A stretch of DNA of 47,977 nt. Origin: Kofleriaceae bacterium. GTDB lineage: Bacteria > Myxococcota_A > Polyangia > Haliangiales > Haliangiaceae. The notes beneath the pieces are model-generated. The model did no database searches. It was given only the letters and a program-made list of their open reading frames with translations, and had not been told where the DNA came from. The position numbers were made by a program, and so were the translations under genes. Shown one piece after another: positions 25,756-35,671 of this stretch. The stretch is from the NCBI GenBank assembly GCA_046597055.1, contig JBKJLC010000060.1:1-47977 (forward strand), in the 5' to 3' direction. Each line of letters opens with the position of its first letter. Within the stretch, counting starts at the first letter, position 1.

Positions 25756-26033
25756 GAACGATTCTCCATTGGTCGGTCTTGATGTCGGCGGCCTGAACCG
25801 TGCGCAAATGCCTCGGTGAGGCGACAGCGCACGTCCGGGTCGTCACAAGCCACCGTGACTCCGTGAGTCCAGCAGCTAATTTGGTCGTGACCCCGGGCAA
25901 TGCAGGCTACGCGCCAGTCCCTCCCAGCTTTCCTGATAGCGATTCAGATTCAGGAACCAGGGTTACGCCGGGAGCGGGAGCTGGCGGTGGCGGAACCACG
26001 GTTTCGAAGCCGGGAATCGGCGACCATGAGCCG

Positions 26034-26651
26034 GTGCCCCTGCCGTCCATCGCCGAGCTCACCCTCGCCGCGCGTCACGCCCTGACCGAGCCACGACACA
26101 CGCTGGCCGATGCGCCTGCCGCGGTGCCCGATCGCGCCGGGCTGTACGCGTTGCACGGCCGTCCCGAGACCTGGCGCCAGCTCGGCCTTGGCGAGCCGCC
26201 CGACGACCGGCCGCTCTACGTCGGCATGGCCGAGGACAGCATGGTGACGCGCGACTTCACCACCCACTTCCAGGGTGGACGCACCGGACAGTCGACGGTC
26301 CGCCGCAGCTTCGCGGCGCTGCTGCGCGGCGAGCTCGGCTTGCTCGGCATCCCGCGCAACCTGGACAAGCCCGAGCGGCCGGCCAACTTCGCGCTCAGCC
26401 CGGAGCACGACGCCACGCTCACCGCCTGGATGAACGAGCACCTCACGCTCGGCGCCTGGATCACGCCCGACGACTGCGACGAGCTGGGTCCGGTCGAGCT
26501 CCACGTGCTCGCCCACTGGTGTCCGCCGCTCAACCTGCGCGAGAACATGTCGCAGTGGCAGGACCTGGTCTCGGATGCGCGCATGGTCATGGCCGCGGAT
26601 GCCCGCGCGTGGGCGTCCGCGCGCGGGTTCACGATGAAGCGTCACTCGTGA
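26034..26651 (+). CDS. GIY-YIG nuclease family protein
   Basis: GLYAL...PLYVGMAE, STVRRSFAALL, L.AWM, E..VL....PPLNL. Start is uncertain (GTG 26034 chosen; ORF open from 25800). Confidence 0.7.
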   Translation: MPLPSIAELTLAARHALTEPRHTLADAPAAVPDRAGLYALHGRPETWRQLGLGEPPDDRPLYVGMAEDSMVTRDFTTHFQGGRTGQSTVRRSFAALLRGELGLLGIPRNLDKPERPANFALSPEHDATLTAWMNEHLTLGAWITPDDCDELGPVELHVLAHWCPPLNLRENMSQWQDLVSDARMVMAADARAWASARGFTMKRHS

Positions 26652-26793
26652 CCGACGGCTCCAGCGACGCACGCTGACCGCGGTCTCGGTCGCGCTACGG
26701 GCCGTGGGCGTCGGTGCGGTGCCGCCGTGCGGCGGCCTCGGGAGCAGGGGCCGGCCGACGCGGTCTGCCCGCGTGGTACCGTCGCATGGCTTC

Positions 26794-27639
26794 ATGTCGG
26801 GCTCGACCATCGCCAGGATCGTGGTCGCCCTGTTGGTCGTGGCGATCACCGGGTGGATCGACAAAGTCACGGGGCCCCGCTGGGGGTTCTCGCTCTTCTA
26901 CCTGATCCCGATCGTGGCGGTGGCCTGGTCGCTGGGCACCCGACCGGCGCTGGTGGTCGCGACCGGCGCTGCGATCGCCTGGCTGCTCGCCGATGTGGCC
27001 TGGCACGACGATCTGGCGCCGTCGCTGTGGAACGGCGTCACCCGCATCATCATCTACATGGCGCTCGGCACGATGACCGCCGGGCTCCGGCGGGACCGCG
27101 AACGGCTGCGCCAGCTGCTCGCGCAGGAGACCCGGACCGCGCGCACCGACCTGCTGACCGGGCTGCTCAACGCGCGCGCCTTCTACGAGCGCTCGGCCGA
27201 GGAGGTGGCCCGCAGCCGGCGCCACGGCGCGCCGCTCGCGATGGTGTACCTGGATCTCGACAACTTCAAGCGGGTCAACGACGGCTTCGGCCACGCCTGC
27301 GGCGACCGGCTGCTCCAGGAGGTCGCGACCGCCCTGCGCGCGAGCCTGCGCGCGAGCGACGTGGCGGCGCGGCTCGGCGGCGACGAGTTCGCGGTCCTGC
27401 TCATCGAGGTCGAGCGCCCGGGCGCGGAGATCATCGCCGCGCGCCTGGTCGTTGCGATCACGGCGCTCGCGACCCAGTACCCGGGCACCGAGCTCGGGGC
27501 CAGCATCGGGGTCGCCTGGTTTGCGTCGCCACCGGCCGACGTCGAGGCGATGGTCCAGGCCGGCGACAAGGCGATGTACCGCGCCAAGACCGGCGGCAAG
27601 GGCCGCGCGGTCGTCGAGGACCACTCGAGCGCGAGTTGA
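26794..27639 (+). CDS. Membrane-bound diguanylate cyclase (GGDEF)
   Basis: About four TM helices, TDLLTGLLN, DLDNFKRVND.FGH..GD, I-site RASD, ARLGGDEF and AMYRAK. Confidence 0.92.
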   Translation: MSGSTIARIVVALLVVAITGWIDKVTGPRWGFSLFYLIPIVAVAWSLGTRPALVVATGAAIAWLLADVAWHDDLAPSLWNGVTRIIIYMALGTMTAGLRRDRERLRQLLAQETRTARTDLLTGLLNARAFYERSAEEVARSRRHGAPLAMVYLDLDNFKRVNDGFGHACGDRLLQEVATALRASLRASDVAARLGGDEFAVLLIEVERPGAEIIAARLVVAITALATQYPGTELGASIGVAWFASPPADVEAMVQAGDKAMYRAKTGGKGRAVVEDHSSAS

Positions 27640-27673
27640 CGGTGGGGCCGGCTACCGGTGATGGGTGGCGCCG

Positions 27674-28396
27674 CTACTGGCAGGCCGGCAGCTGGGCGGC
27701 GCCGGCGACCTCGGTGGAATCGCCGGGCGGCACGCCGGTATCCTCGAGGGTCAGGCCGTGCACGTCGGTGACGCGCAGCGTGAGCGGCCCGGCGCCCAGG
27801 CCATCGGTGGCGACGAAGTAGTTGTAGCTCTCGCGCGGGATCGCGCGCCAGCCGCCGTCGCCGGTGCGGGCCTCGAGCCGCGCGACCGCGTGGCGGTGGT
27901 TGCGAACCTGGATCGCGGTCCAGAACGGATTGGAGCCGTCCTTGAACCGGTAGCGGACCGGCCCGCTGACGTCGCAGGCGACGAAGCGCCAGCTGATCGG
28001 CACCCGACCGGCCGACAGCGGCGCGATCCGCTCGAACGCTTGCGGCGACAGGTCGAGGTCGCCGCTGGCGCACTCGGGGCAGCGATCGACGATGCGGACG
28101 GTCACCGACCCGTCGGGGCCATCGACCGCCGCGCACGCGCCGCACACCGCCGAGCCGGCATAGTCGGGCGTGTTCATCGCGGCGACCAGCAGGTCGCCCG
28201 GCGACGGATCGAAGCTGCAGTTGCCGCTGCCATCGGCGGCGTAGTAGGTGCCCTCGCCGGCATGCGTCGCGGGCGCGTCGCCGCAGGGCACCATCACGAC
28301 ATCATCGCCGCCGCCATCGCCGCCCTCGCCGCCGTCGCCGCCGCACGCCGGGCCGAGCACCACGCCGAGGGTCACGCCGACGATTGCGAGCCGCAT
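27674..28396 (-). CDS. Expansin (EXLX1-like, DPBB + CBM63) lipoprotein
   Basis: Lipobox GPAC; GEGTYY..DG.GNCS, CGAC, V.IVDRCPEC..GDLDLS..AF, ISWRFV.C, GSN.FW.AIQVRNH and R..YNYF. Confidence 0.9.
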   Translation of the reverse strand: MRLAIVGVTLGVVLGPACGGDGGEGGDGGGDDVVMVPCGDAPATHAGEGTYYAADGSGNCSFDPSPGDLLVAAMNTPDYAGSAVCGACAAVDGPDGSVTVRIVDRCPECASGDLDLSPQAFERIAPLSAGRVPISWRFVACDVSGPVRYRFKDGSNPFWTAIQVRNHRHAVARLEARTGDGGWRAIPRESYNYFVATDGLGAGPLTLRVTDVHGLTLEDTGVPPGDSTEVAGAAQLPACQ

Positions 28397-28606
28397 CGCA
28401 CCAGGATGCCCGAATCGGGCGACCGCGCCTACGGCGGGCTGGCGAACGGGACGCAGCAGATGCGAGACGCCGCGACCACCGGTCGCAGTACACAAACCCC
28501 ATCGCGCCGGCGCCCACGTCGCGCGCGATCGCGTACCGGCCGATCGCAAGAAGCCGGTCGAGCCGAGGCTGGATCATCGGCCATCGCTGCGCGATCATTC
28601 GCGGCC

Positions 28607-30784
28607 GTGACCCCAACCCGTACGCCCGCTCGTCGGTTTCGCCTGCTCGCCGCCGCGCTCGCCGCGACCCTCTCTGCCTGCCCGGCGGCGCGTCCGCCAC
28701 CCGCGCACGTGCCGGCCACGGATCCGCCGGTGGCCGCGCCCGATGGCGCGCCTGCGGTCACGCCGCGGGCCCCGGCCGCGCTGGGCACTGCGGCCGCACC
28801 GGTCGCGCCGACCGCGGTGGCCGCGGCGAAGGCCGCGCTGCTCGCGGCCCATGGTGAGGCGGCGCGGGCGCGGATCGAGCGCGGCGTCGACCAGGTCGCC
28901 GCGCTGTGGCGCGCCGACGACGGCGATCTGGTCGCCTTTTGCAGCGCGCAGTTCGCGGCCAGCCCGGCCGCCGTCGATGGCCTGTTCACCCGGCTCCAGG
29001 ATCAGCTCGAGGCGGTCGATGGCCATGTCCTGGAGATGCAGCGCAGCCTGCGCTGGCACACCGACGTCGACACCGGGCCGCAGCTGCCGGTCGATCCGCT
29101 GCTCGCGGCCTACGACCCCGGCGCCCGCGTCGTCGAGGATCTGTTCGTCAGCAAGGTCGCGTTCGCCGCGCTGCTGAACTTCCCGCTGGTGTCGCTCGCG
29201 GATCAGCAGCGCGACGGCAAGGGCTACCGCCGCCGGCAGTGGGCCGAGGTCGCGCTGACCCGTCGCTTCGACCGGCGGATCCCCGGCGCGCTCACCGCCG
29301 CGGCGAGCGCGGTCGAGGCCGCCGCCGACGGCTACATCGCCGGCTACAACCTGTGGATGCACCACGTGCTCGACGAGCGTGGCCAGCGCGGCTTTCCGGC
29401 CGGCAAGCGGCTCATCAGCCACTGGAACCTGCGTGACGAGCTCAAGGCCAACTACGCCGACGAGGGCGGGCTCGCCAAGCAGCGCACGATCCTGAAGGTG
29501 ATGGAGCGCATCGTCACCCAGCAGATTCCGAGGGCGGTGATCGACAACCCGCGCCTGGACTGGAACCCGTTCACGAACGCCGTCACGGTCGCGCCGGCGG
29601 CCAGCGTGGAGGCCGACGCCCCGGTGGCCCGGGCCACCAGCGCCGATCCGGCGCCCGAGCCGGCGGCGCGGTTCGTCCACGTGCTCGCGCGCTTCGTGAC
29701 CGAGCGCGCGGCCGACCGGTTCGCGCCGACCGCGCCGAGCTACCTCGACCGCGCGTTCGCCGAGGCCCGGATGCCGGAGGCGCGGGTGCGCGCGCTGATC
29801 GTCGCGATCCTCGAGTCGCCGCTGGCCGCCGCCGCCGCGGCCGAGATCGCGACCCGGCTGAAGCGTCCGCTGGGCCCGCAGGATCTCTGGTACGAGTTCG
29901 GTGGGGGCGAGGTCGCCGAGGCTGCGCTCGACGCGGTCACCCGCAAGCGCTACCCGACCGCGCAGCAGTTCGCCGCCGACCTGCCGCGGATCTTGCGCAC
30001 GCTCGGGTTCACCGCCGCGCAGGCGAAGACGCTCTCGGCGAACATCGACGTCGATCCCTCCCGCGGCGCCGGCCACGCCATGGAGGCGCGGCGCCGGGGC
30101 GACAAGCCGCACCTGCGCACCCGCATCCAGCCCGGTGGCATGGACTACAAGGGCTACAACATCGCGGTCCACGAGCTCGGCCACAACGTCGAGCAGTACC
30201 TGTCGCTGTACGAGGTCGATCACACCCTGCTCGCGGGCGTGCCCAACACCGCCTTCACCGAGGCCCTCGCGTTCCTGTTCCAGGCCCGCGACCTGACCCT
30301 GCTGGGCCGCCCGGCCGCGGGCGGCGATGCCGCGCGCCTGCGCGTGCTCGACACCTACTGGAACACGCGCGAGATCGCCGGCTCGGCGCTGGTCGAGATC
30401 GACGTCTGGCACTGGCTCTACGACCACCCCGACGCCACCGCGGCCCAGCTGCGCGACGCCACCGTCCGCATCGCGCGCGCGACCTGGGACCGGTACTACG
30501 CGCCGCACCTGAGCGGCGCCGGCGACACCGCGCTGCTCGGCATCTACAGCCACACGATCTCGTCGCCGCTGTACCTGTTCAACTACGTCCTCGGCCACGT
30601 GATCGCGTTCCAGATCGAGGCGCACCTGGCGGGCAAGAGCCCGCGCACCTTCGCCGCCGAGTTCACCCGCATGGCGCGCCACGGCGCGGTGCTACCCGAC
30701 GCCTGGATGGAGCACGCCACCGGCGCGCCGGTCAGCCCGGCCGGCTTGCTCGACGCGACCGCCCGGGCGCTGCCGAAGCAGTAG
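28607..30784 (+). CDS. Lipoprotein with gluzincin-type Zn-metallopeptidase motif (M3/M32-like)
   Basis: Lipobox LSAC; HELGH followed about 23 aa later by FTEALA; H....PLY..NY.LGH near the C-terminus. GTG start at 28607. Confidence 0.65.
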   Translation: MTPTRTPARRFRLLAAALAATLSACPAARPPPAHVPATDPPVAAPDGAPAVTPRAPAALGTAAAPVAPTAVAAAKAALLAAHGEAARARIERGVDQVAALWRADDGDLVAFCSAQFAASPAAVDGLFTRLQDQLEAVDGHVLEMQRSLRWHTDVDTGPQLPVDPLLAAYDPGARVVEDLFVSKVAFAALLNFPLVSLADQQRDGKGYRRRQWAEVALTRRFDRRIPGALTAAASAVEAAADGYIAGYNLWMHHVLDERGQRGFPAGKRLISHWNLRDELKANYADEGGLAKQRTILKVMERIVTQQIPRAVIDNPRLDWNPFTNAVTVAPAASVEADAPVARATSADPAPEPAARFVHVLARFVTERAADRFAPTAPSYLDRAFAEARMPEARVRALIVAILESPLAAAAAAEIATRLKRPLGPQDLWYEFGGGEVAEAALDAVTRKRYPTAQQFAADLPRILRTLGFTAAQAKTLSANIDVDPSRGAGHAMEARRRGDKPHLRTRIQPGGMDYKGYNIAVHELGHNVEQYLSLYEVDHTLLAGVPNTAFTEALAFLFQARDLTLLGRPAAGGDAARLRVLDTYWNTREIAGSALVEIDVWHWLYDHPDATAAQLRDATVRIARATWDRYYAPHLSGAGDTALLGIYSHTISSPLYLFNYVLGHVIAFQIEAHLAGKSPRTFAAEFTRMARHGAVLPDAWMEHATGAPVSPAGLLDATARALPKQ

Positions 30785-30930
30785 CCGACCCGGTCCGACG
30801 CGCACGGTTTGCGGTCGGGCGCACCGCTTGCCGGGCTTCGCGCGGAGCGGACCCGTCCGTGACGAGACCGTGGCGCACCGCCGTCGCTGGCGTGACCCGG
30901 CCCGGTGACCGCCTCGTCTACGGTAGCCGC

Positions 30931-32436
30931 ATGCGCAATCCAGATCCGCAGACGAGCGCGTGGGACCGGCGGCCCGAGATCATCCAGGGCGGGATGGGCG
31001 TGGGGGTGTCGAGCTGGCAGCTGGCCCGCGCAGTGGCCCAGCGCGGCCACCTCGGCGTGGTGTCCGGCACCGGCACCGAAGCCATGCTGGTGCGTCGGCT
31101 CCAGGACGGTGATCCGGGCGGGCACGTGCGCCGCTCGCTGGCGCGGTTCCCGCTGCCCGAGGCCGCCGCCGAGGTCGTGCGTCGCTTCTTCCTCGCCGAC
31201 GGACGTCCGCCCGGGACGCCGTACCGCATGCTGCCGCTGGCCCGCCAGGTCGCGAGCCCGGCGCGGCAGCGCCTGACGATGCTCAGCACGTTCGTCGAGG
31301 TCGACCTCGCCAAGGACGGCCACGACGGCCTGGTCGGCATGAACCTGCTCACCAAGATCCAGCTCCCGACCCTGGCCTCGCTGTACGGCGCGATGCTCGC
31401 CGGGGTCGACGTCATCTTGATGGGCGCCGGCATCCCGCGCGACATCCCCGGCGTGCTCGATGCGCTCGCCGAGCACCAGCCGTGTGCGATCCGGTTCGAG
31501 GTCAGTGGCCTGCCCGACGGACGCGTCGAGCACCTGACCTTCGATCCCGGGGTGCATTGGGCTGGCGTCGCGCCCGCGCCGCTGCGGCGGCCGGCCTTCC
31601 TCGCGATCGTGGCGAGCAACTCGCTGGCGACGATGCTGGCGCGCAAGGCCAACGGGCGGGTCGACGGCTTCGTGATCGAGGCGCCGACCGCGGGCGGGCA
31701 CAACGCACCCCCGCGCGGCGAGCCGCGCACGAATCCGCGCGGCGAGCCGCTGTACGGCCCGCGCGACACGGTCGATCTGGGCAAGCTCCGCGAGCTGGGC
31801 CTGCCGTTCTGGCTGGCCGGCGGGGTCGGCAGCCCCGAGGGCCTGGCCCAGGCTCGGGCCGCGGGGGCCGCCGGCATCCAGGTCGGGACCCTGTTCGCGT
31901 TCTGCGACGAGTCGGGGATCACGGTGGACCTCCGGCGGTCCGTGCTCGGCCACGCCCGTGCCGGAGATCTCGACGTGCGCACCGATTCGCGCGCGTCGCC
32001 CACCGGCTACCCGTTCAAGATCGTCACCTGGCCCGGCGACCCCAACGCGAGCCCGCTGCGCGCGCGGGTCTGCGACGTCGGCTATCTGCGGGAGGCCTAC
32101 GCCACGCCCGCGGGCGGGATCGGCTACCGCTGCTCGGGCGAGCCGGTCGATCAGTACCTCGCCAAGGGCGGCCAGCTCGAGGACACGGTCGGGCGGCGCT
32201 GCCTGTGCAACACCCTCACCGCGACCATCGGCCTCGGCCAGGTGCGCGACGGCGGCGTCGTCGAGCCACCCCTGATCACGAGCGGCGACGACCTGCTGTC
32301 GATCGACCGGTTCCTCGGCGACCGGGCCAGCTACACCGCCGCTGACGTCATCGCGTACCTGCAACCTGCGGCCGCGATGACCGCGGCCTCGCTGCCGCCC
32401 CCGGACCCGGCGGCCTGCTCCGCGCCAGCGGGCTGA
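30931..32436 (+). CDS. Nitronate monooxygenase family flavoprotein
   Basis: IIQGGMGVGVS, MGAGIP, AGGHN, WLAGG, AAGIQVGT.F....ES and SPTGYPFK; TACGGT box 6 nt before the ATG. Confidence 0.88.
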   Translation: MRNPDPQTSAWDRRPEIIQGGMGVGVSSWQLARAVAQRGHLGVVSGTGTEAMLVRRLQDGDPGGHVRRSLARFPLPEAAAEVVRRFFLADGRPPGTPYRMLPLARQVASPARQRLTMLSTFVEVDLAKDGHDGLVGMNLLTKIQLPTLASLYGAMLAGVDVILMGAGIPRDIPGVLDALAEHQPCAIRFEVSGLPDGRVEHLTFDPGVHWAGVAPAPLRRPAFLAIVASNSLATMLARKANGRVDGFVIEAPTAGGHNAPPRGEPRTNPRGEPLYGPRDTVDLGKLRELGLPFWLAGGVGSPEGLAQARAAGAAGIQVGTLFAFCDESGITVDLRRSVLGHARAGDLDVRTDSRASPTGYPFKIVTWPGDPNASPLRARVCDVGYLREAYATPAGGIGYRCSGEPVDQYLAKGGQLEDTVGRRCLCNTLTATIGLGQVRDGGVVEPPLITSGDDLLSIDRFLGDRASYTAADVIAYLQPAAAMTAASLPPPDPAACSAPAG

Positions 32437-32463
32437 CCGTTCGTCGGCCGCGCGCCCGCTCGC

Positions 32464-33699
32464 TCAGTCGCGGCGCATCGCCTCGACCGGGTCGAGGCGC
32501 GACGCGCGGTACGCCGGGTAGATGCCGAAGATCAGGCCGACGCCGCCGGACGAGAGCATCGAGAGGATGATGGCCCAGGCCGGCACCGCGGTCGGGATGC
32601 CGATCAGGATCTCGATCAGCTCGGCCAGGCCGGCGCCGACCGCGACCCCCAGCGCACCGCCGATGCTGGTCAGGATCAGCGCCTCGATCAGGAACTGCGA
32701 CAGGATGCGGCGGCGGCGGGCCCCCACCGCGCGGCGCAGGCCGATCTCGCTGGTCCGCTCGGTCACCGAGACCAGCATGATGTTCATGACGCCGATGCCG
32801 CCGATCAGCAGGGCGATCGCGCAGATGCCGACCGACGCCGCCGCGATGATCGTGGCCAGGCGGTCGAACGTGCGCTGGATCGACTGGTTCGAGAAGATCT
32901 CGAAGTCGTTGTCGGCCTCGGGCGGCAGGCCGCGGGTCCGACGCACGATCGAGACCACCTCGTCCTGGGTCCGGCCCATGCGGGCCGGATCGCGGGCCTG
33001 GACGGTGACGTTGAGCGAGCGCCGGCTGCCGTAGATCGGCATGAACGCACCGATCGTCACCACCGCGATGTTGTCGAGCGAGCCGCCGAGTTGCTGGCCG
33101 CGACGGGCGAGGGTGCCGATCACGCGGAACCGTCGGCCGTGGATGCGGATCGCCTGCCCGATCGGGGTCTGCTGCGGGTAGAGGACGTCGGCCAGGTCGG
33201 CGCCGAGCACGGCGACATCCGACCCGGTCAGCGCCTCGCCTTCGGTGAACAACCGGCCCGACGCCAGCGCGAAGCCGTTGTTGTCGAAGAACGCCTCGGT
33301 CGCGCCGACCGTCATGACCGTGGACCGGACCACGCGATCGCCGGCGCGGACGTCGCGCTCGCTCTCCCAGATCTCGCCGCCCACCCGCAGGCAGCTGGCG
33401 CACCGCTCCTGGAGCAACCCGACGTCGGCCAGCGTGAAGTCCTTGCGACGCGCGATCTTGGCGTCGTCGCGGGGACCGAACCCGCCCATCGGCTCCTTCT
33501 GGACCTGGAACACGCCGGTGCCGAGCTGGGCGAGGTCCTGGTTGATCTTGCGGCGCAGGCCCTCGATCGCCGCGGCCATCGTGATGACCGAGACCACGCC
33601 GATCACGATGCCGAGCAGGGTCAGCGCCGAGCGCAGCTTGTGCGCGGCCAGGGTGCGCAGCGCGGCCCGCAGGGTGTCGAGCAGCGCGAGCGGCCTCAC
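32464..33699 (-). CDS. MacB/FtsX-family ABC transporter permease
   Basis: [64 protein letters not shown] overlaps the upstream stop. Confidence 0.92.
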   Translation of the reverse strand: MRPLALLDTLRAALRTLAAHKLRSALTLLGIVIGVVSVITMAAAIEGLRRKINQDLAQLGTGVFQVQKEPMGGFGPRDDAKIARRKDFTLADVGLLQERCASCLRVGGEIWESERDVRAGDRVVRSTVMTVGATEAFFDNNGFALASGRLFTEGEALTGSDVAVLGADLADVLYPQQTPIGQAIRIHGRRFRVIGTLARRGQQLGGSLDNIAVVTIGAFMPIYGSRRSLNVTVQARDPARMGRTQDEVVSIVRRTRGLPPEADNDFEIFSNQSIQRTFDRLATIIAAASVGICAIALLIGGIGVMNIMLVSVTERTSEIGLRRAVGARRRRILSQFLIEALILTSIGGALGVAVGAGLAELIEILIGIPTAVPAWAIILSMLSSGGVGLIFGIYPAYRASRLDPVEAMRRD

Positions 33700-34949
33700 T
33701 CGTACCTCAGCGCGTCGATCGGATCGAGGTGGGCGGCGCGGTAGGCCGGCCAGGTGCCGAACGCCAGGCCGATCAAGGCCGAGAACCCCAGCGCGCCGAC
33801 CACCGCGGTGCCCGACAGCCTGGCGCCCACCGGCGAGATCAGGTCGACGAGCTGCGCGCCCAGCACGCCGATCGCCGAGCCGATGGCGCCGCCGAGCATG
33901 GTGATCAGCGCGGCCTCGGTCAGGAACTGGATCAGGATGGTCCGGCGCCGGGCCCCGAGCGCCCGGCGCACGCCGATCTCGCGGGTCCGCTCGGTGACCG
34001 CCACCAGCATGATGTTCATGACGCCGATGCCGCCGACCAGGAGGGTGATCAGGCCGATCGCGATCGCGACCATGAACAGCGCCGCGGTCTGCTGATCGAA
34101 CAGCTTGGCCAGCTCCGACTGGCGGTTGATCGAGAAGCTGTCGTCGTCGGCCGCGGCCAGGCCGCGCTGCCGGCGCAGGATCTCGATGATCTGATCCTCG
34201 GCCGCGTACAGGTGCTCGTGAGCGGCGGTCACCGCGATCGCCATGTCGCGCCGCATGCCGTACATCCGGCCGAACGTGTCGATCGGGATCATCACGACGT
34301 TGTCGAGGGAGCGACCAAACGACTTGCCCTCGGCGACCAGCACGCCGACCACGGTGAACTGCTGGGACCCGAGCGAGATGCGGGCCCCGAGCGGGCTGGT
34401 GCCCCTGAACAGGCCCTCGCCGACGTCGCGGCCGATCACCGCCACGTGGCTGGTGCCGGCGCCCTCGAGCGGCGACAGGAACCGGCCGCTGGCGATCTTG
34501 CGGGTCGAGGTCTCGATCAGCTCGCTGGTGGTGCCCTGGACCTCGACCAGGCCGATCCGCTCGCCCCGGTACGAGGCCTCGGCGGCCCCGAACGACACCG
34601 GCGCCACCGCGGTGAGCAGCTCGCCCTGCCGACGCAGCGCCGCGACGTCGTCGCGCGTGATCGGCGGTCGGTTGCGGAACCGCCACCAGTCGCCCTGGAT
34701 CACCCACGGCCGGCTGGTCACGTACATGGTGTCGGAGCCGAGGGTCGCGAGCTGCCCGGTGAACGCGGTGGTCAGGCCCGACACCATCCCGTAGATCATC
34801 ATGAGCGTCGCCACGCCGATGGCGATGCCGACGGTCGAGAGGAACGCGCGCATGCGATTGGCGGCGATGCCGCGCACGGCGGACGCGAGCGACGCGACCA
34901 CCTCGACCACCATCCGGCGCAGCCCGCGGGTGGCGGCGCCGCGGGTCAT
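33696..34949 (-). CDS. MacB/FtsX-family ABC transporter permease (second copy)
   Basis: [61 protein letters not shown]. Confidence 0.92.
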   Translation of the reverse strand: MTRGAATRGLRRMVVEVVASLASAVRGIAANRMRAFLSTVGIAIGVATLMMIYGMVSGLTTAFTGQLATLGSDTMYVTSRPWVIQGDWWRFRNRPPITRDDVAALRRQGELLTAVAPVSFGAAEASYRGERIGLVEVQGTTSELIETSTRKIASGRFLSPLEGAGTSHVAVIGRDVGEGLFRGTSPLGARISLGSQQFTVVGVLVAEGKSFGRSLDNVVMIPIDTFGRMYGMRRDMAIAVTAAHEHLYAAEDQIIEILRRQRGLAAADDDSFSINRQSELAKLFDQQTAALFMVAIAIGLITLLVGGIGVMNIMLVAVTERTREIGVRRALGARRRTILIQFLTEAALITMLGGAIGSAIGVLGAQLVDLISPVGARLSGTAVVGALGFSALIGLAFGTWPAYRAAHLDPIDALRYE

Positions 34950-35671
34950 GCGTGGGCCCCGGCGACGGCCATCTCGGCCATGACCCGGGCGCCGGGGCCA
35001 TCGGCGACGATGACGCCGTCGGACATGCGCAGCGCGCGCGGGCACTGCGCGGCGATCGCCGGCTCGTGGGTCACCAGGATGAGCGTGTTGCCGGCGCGGT
35101 GGAGCTCGCCGAACAGCGCGAGGATCTCGCGGCCGGTCGCCGAGTCGAGGTTGCCGGTGGGCTCGTCGGCGAGCAGGATCGACGGCTCGGTGACCAGCGC
35201 GCGCGCGATCGCCACCCGCTGGCGCTGGCCGCCCGACAGCTCGTTGGGCCGGTGCGACATGCGCGCGGCCAGCCCGACCCGGGTCAGGGCCTCCTTGGCC
35301 CGCCGGCGCCGCTCGCGGCCGCCGATGCCGCGGTAGATCAGCGGCAGCTCGACGTTCTCGAGCGCGCTGGTGCGCGCCAGCAGCTGGAAGGTCTGGAACA
35401 CGAACCCGATCTCGCGGTTGCGTAGATCGGACAAGGCGTCGTCGGTCAGGTCGCGGACGTCGGTGCCGCGCAGCCGGTAGGTACCCGCGGTCGGCGTGTC
35501 GAGGCAGCCCAGGATGTTGAGCAGCGTGCTCTTGCCCGAGCCCGACGAGCCGACGATGCCGACGTACTCGCCGGTGGCGATCGAGAAGCTGACCTCGTGC
35601 AGGGCGCGGATGGTCTCGCTCCCCATCTGGTAGGAGCGCGACACCCCGGCGAGCTGGAGGACCGTGGTCAC
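34946..35671 (-). CDS. ABC transporter ATP-binding protein (LolD/MacB type)
   Basis: Walker [39 protein letters not shown]. Confidence 0.95.
   Translation of the reverse strand: MTTVLQLAGVSRSYQMGSETIRALHEVSFSIATGEYVGIVGSSGSGKSTLLNILGCLDTPTAGTYRLRGTDVRDLTDDALSDLRNREIGFVFQTFQLLARTSALENVELPLIYRGIGGRERRRRAKEALTRVGLAARMSHRPNELSGGQRQRVAIARALVTEPSILLADEPTGNLDSATGREILALFGELHRAGNTLILVTHEPAIAAQCPRALRMSDGVIVADGPGARVMAEMAVAGAHA

Noticed and set aside
25975..26015. GGTGGCGGAA...GGTTTCGAAGCC as a tRNA or tRNA remnant
   Set aside because: I could not build a cloverleaf with an acceptor stem and anticodon arm.
27665..28606. Apparent ~310-aa N-terminal extension making a 1039-aa protein
   Set aside because: It is antisense to the expansin gene; the real protein begins at the lipoprotein signal near 28607.
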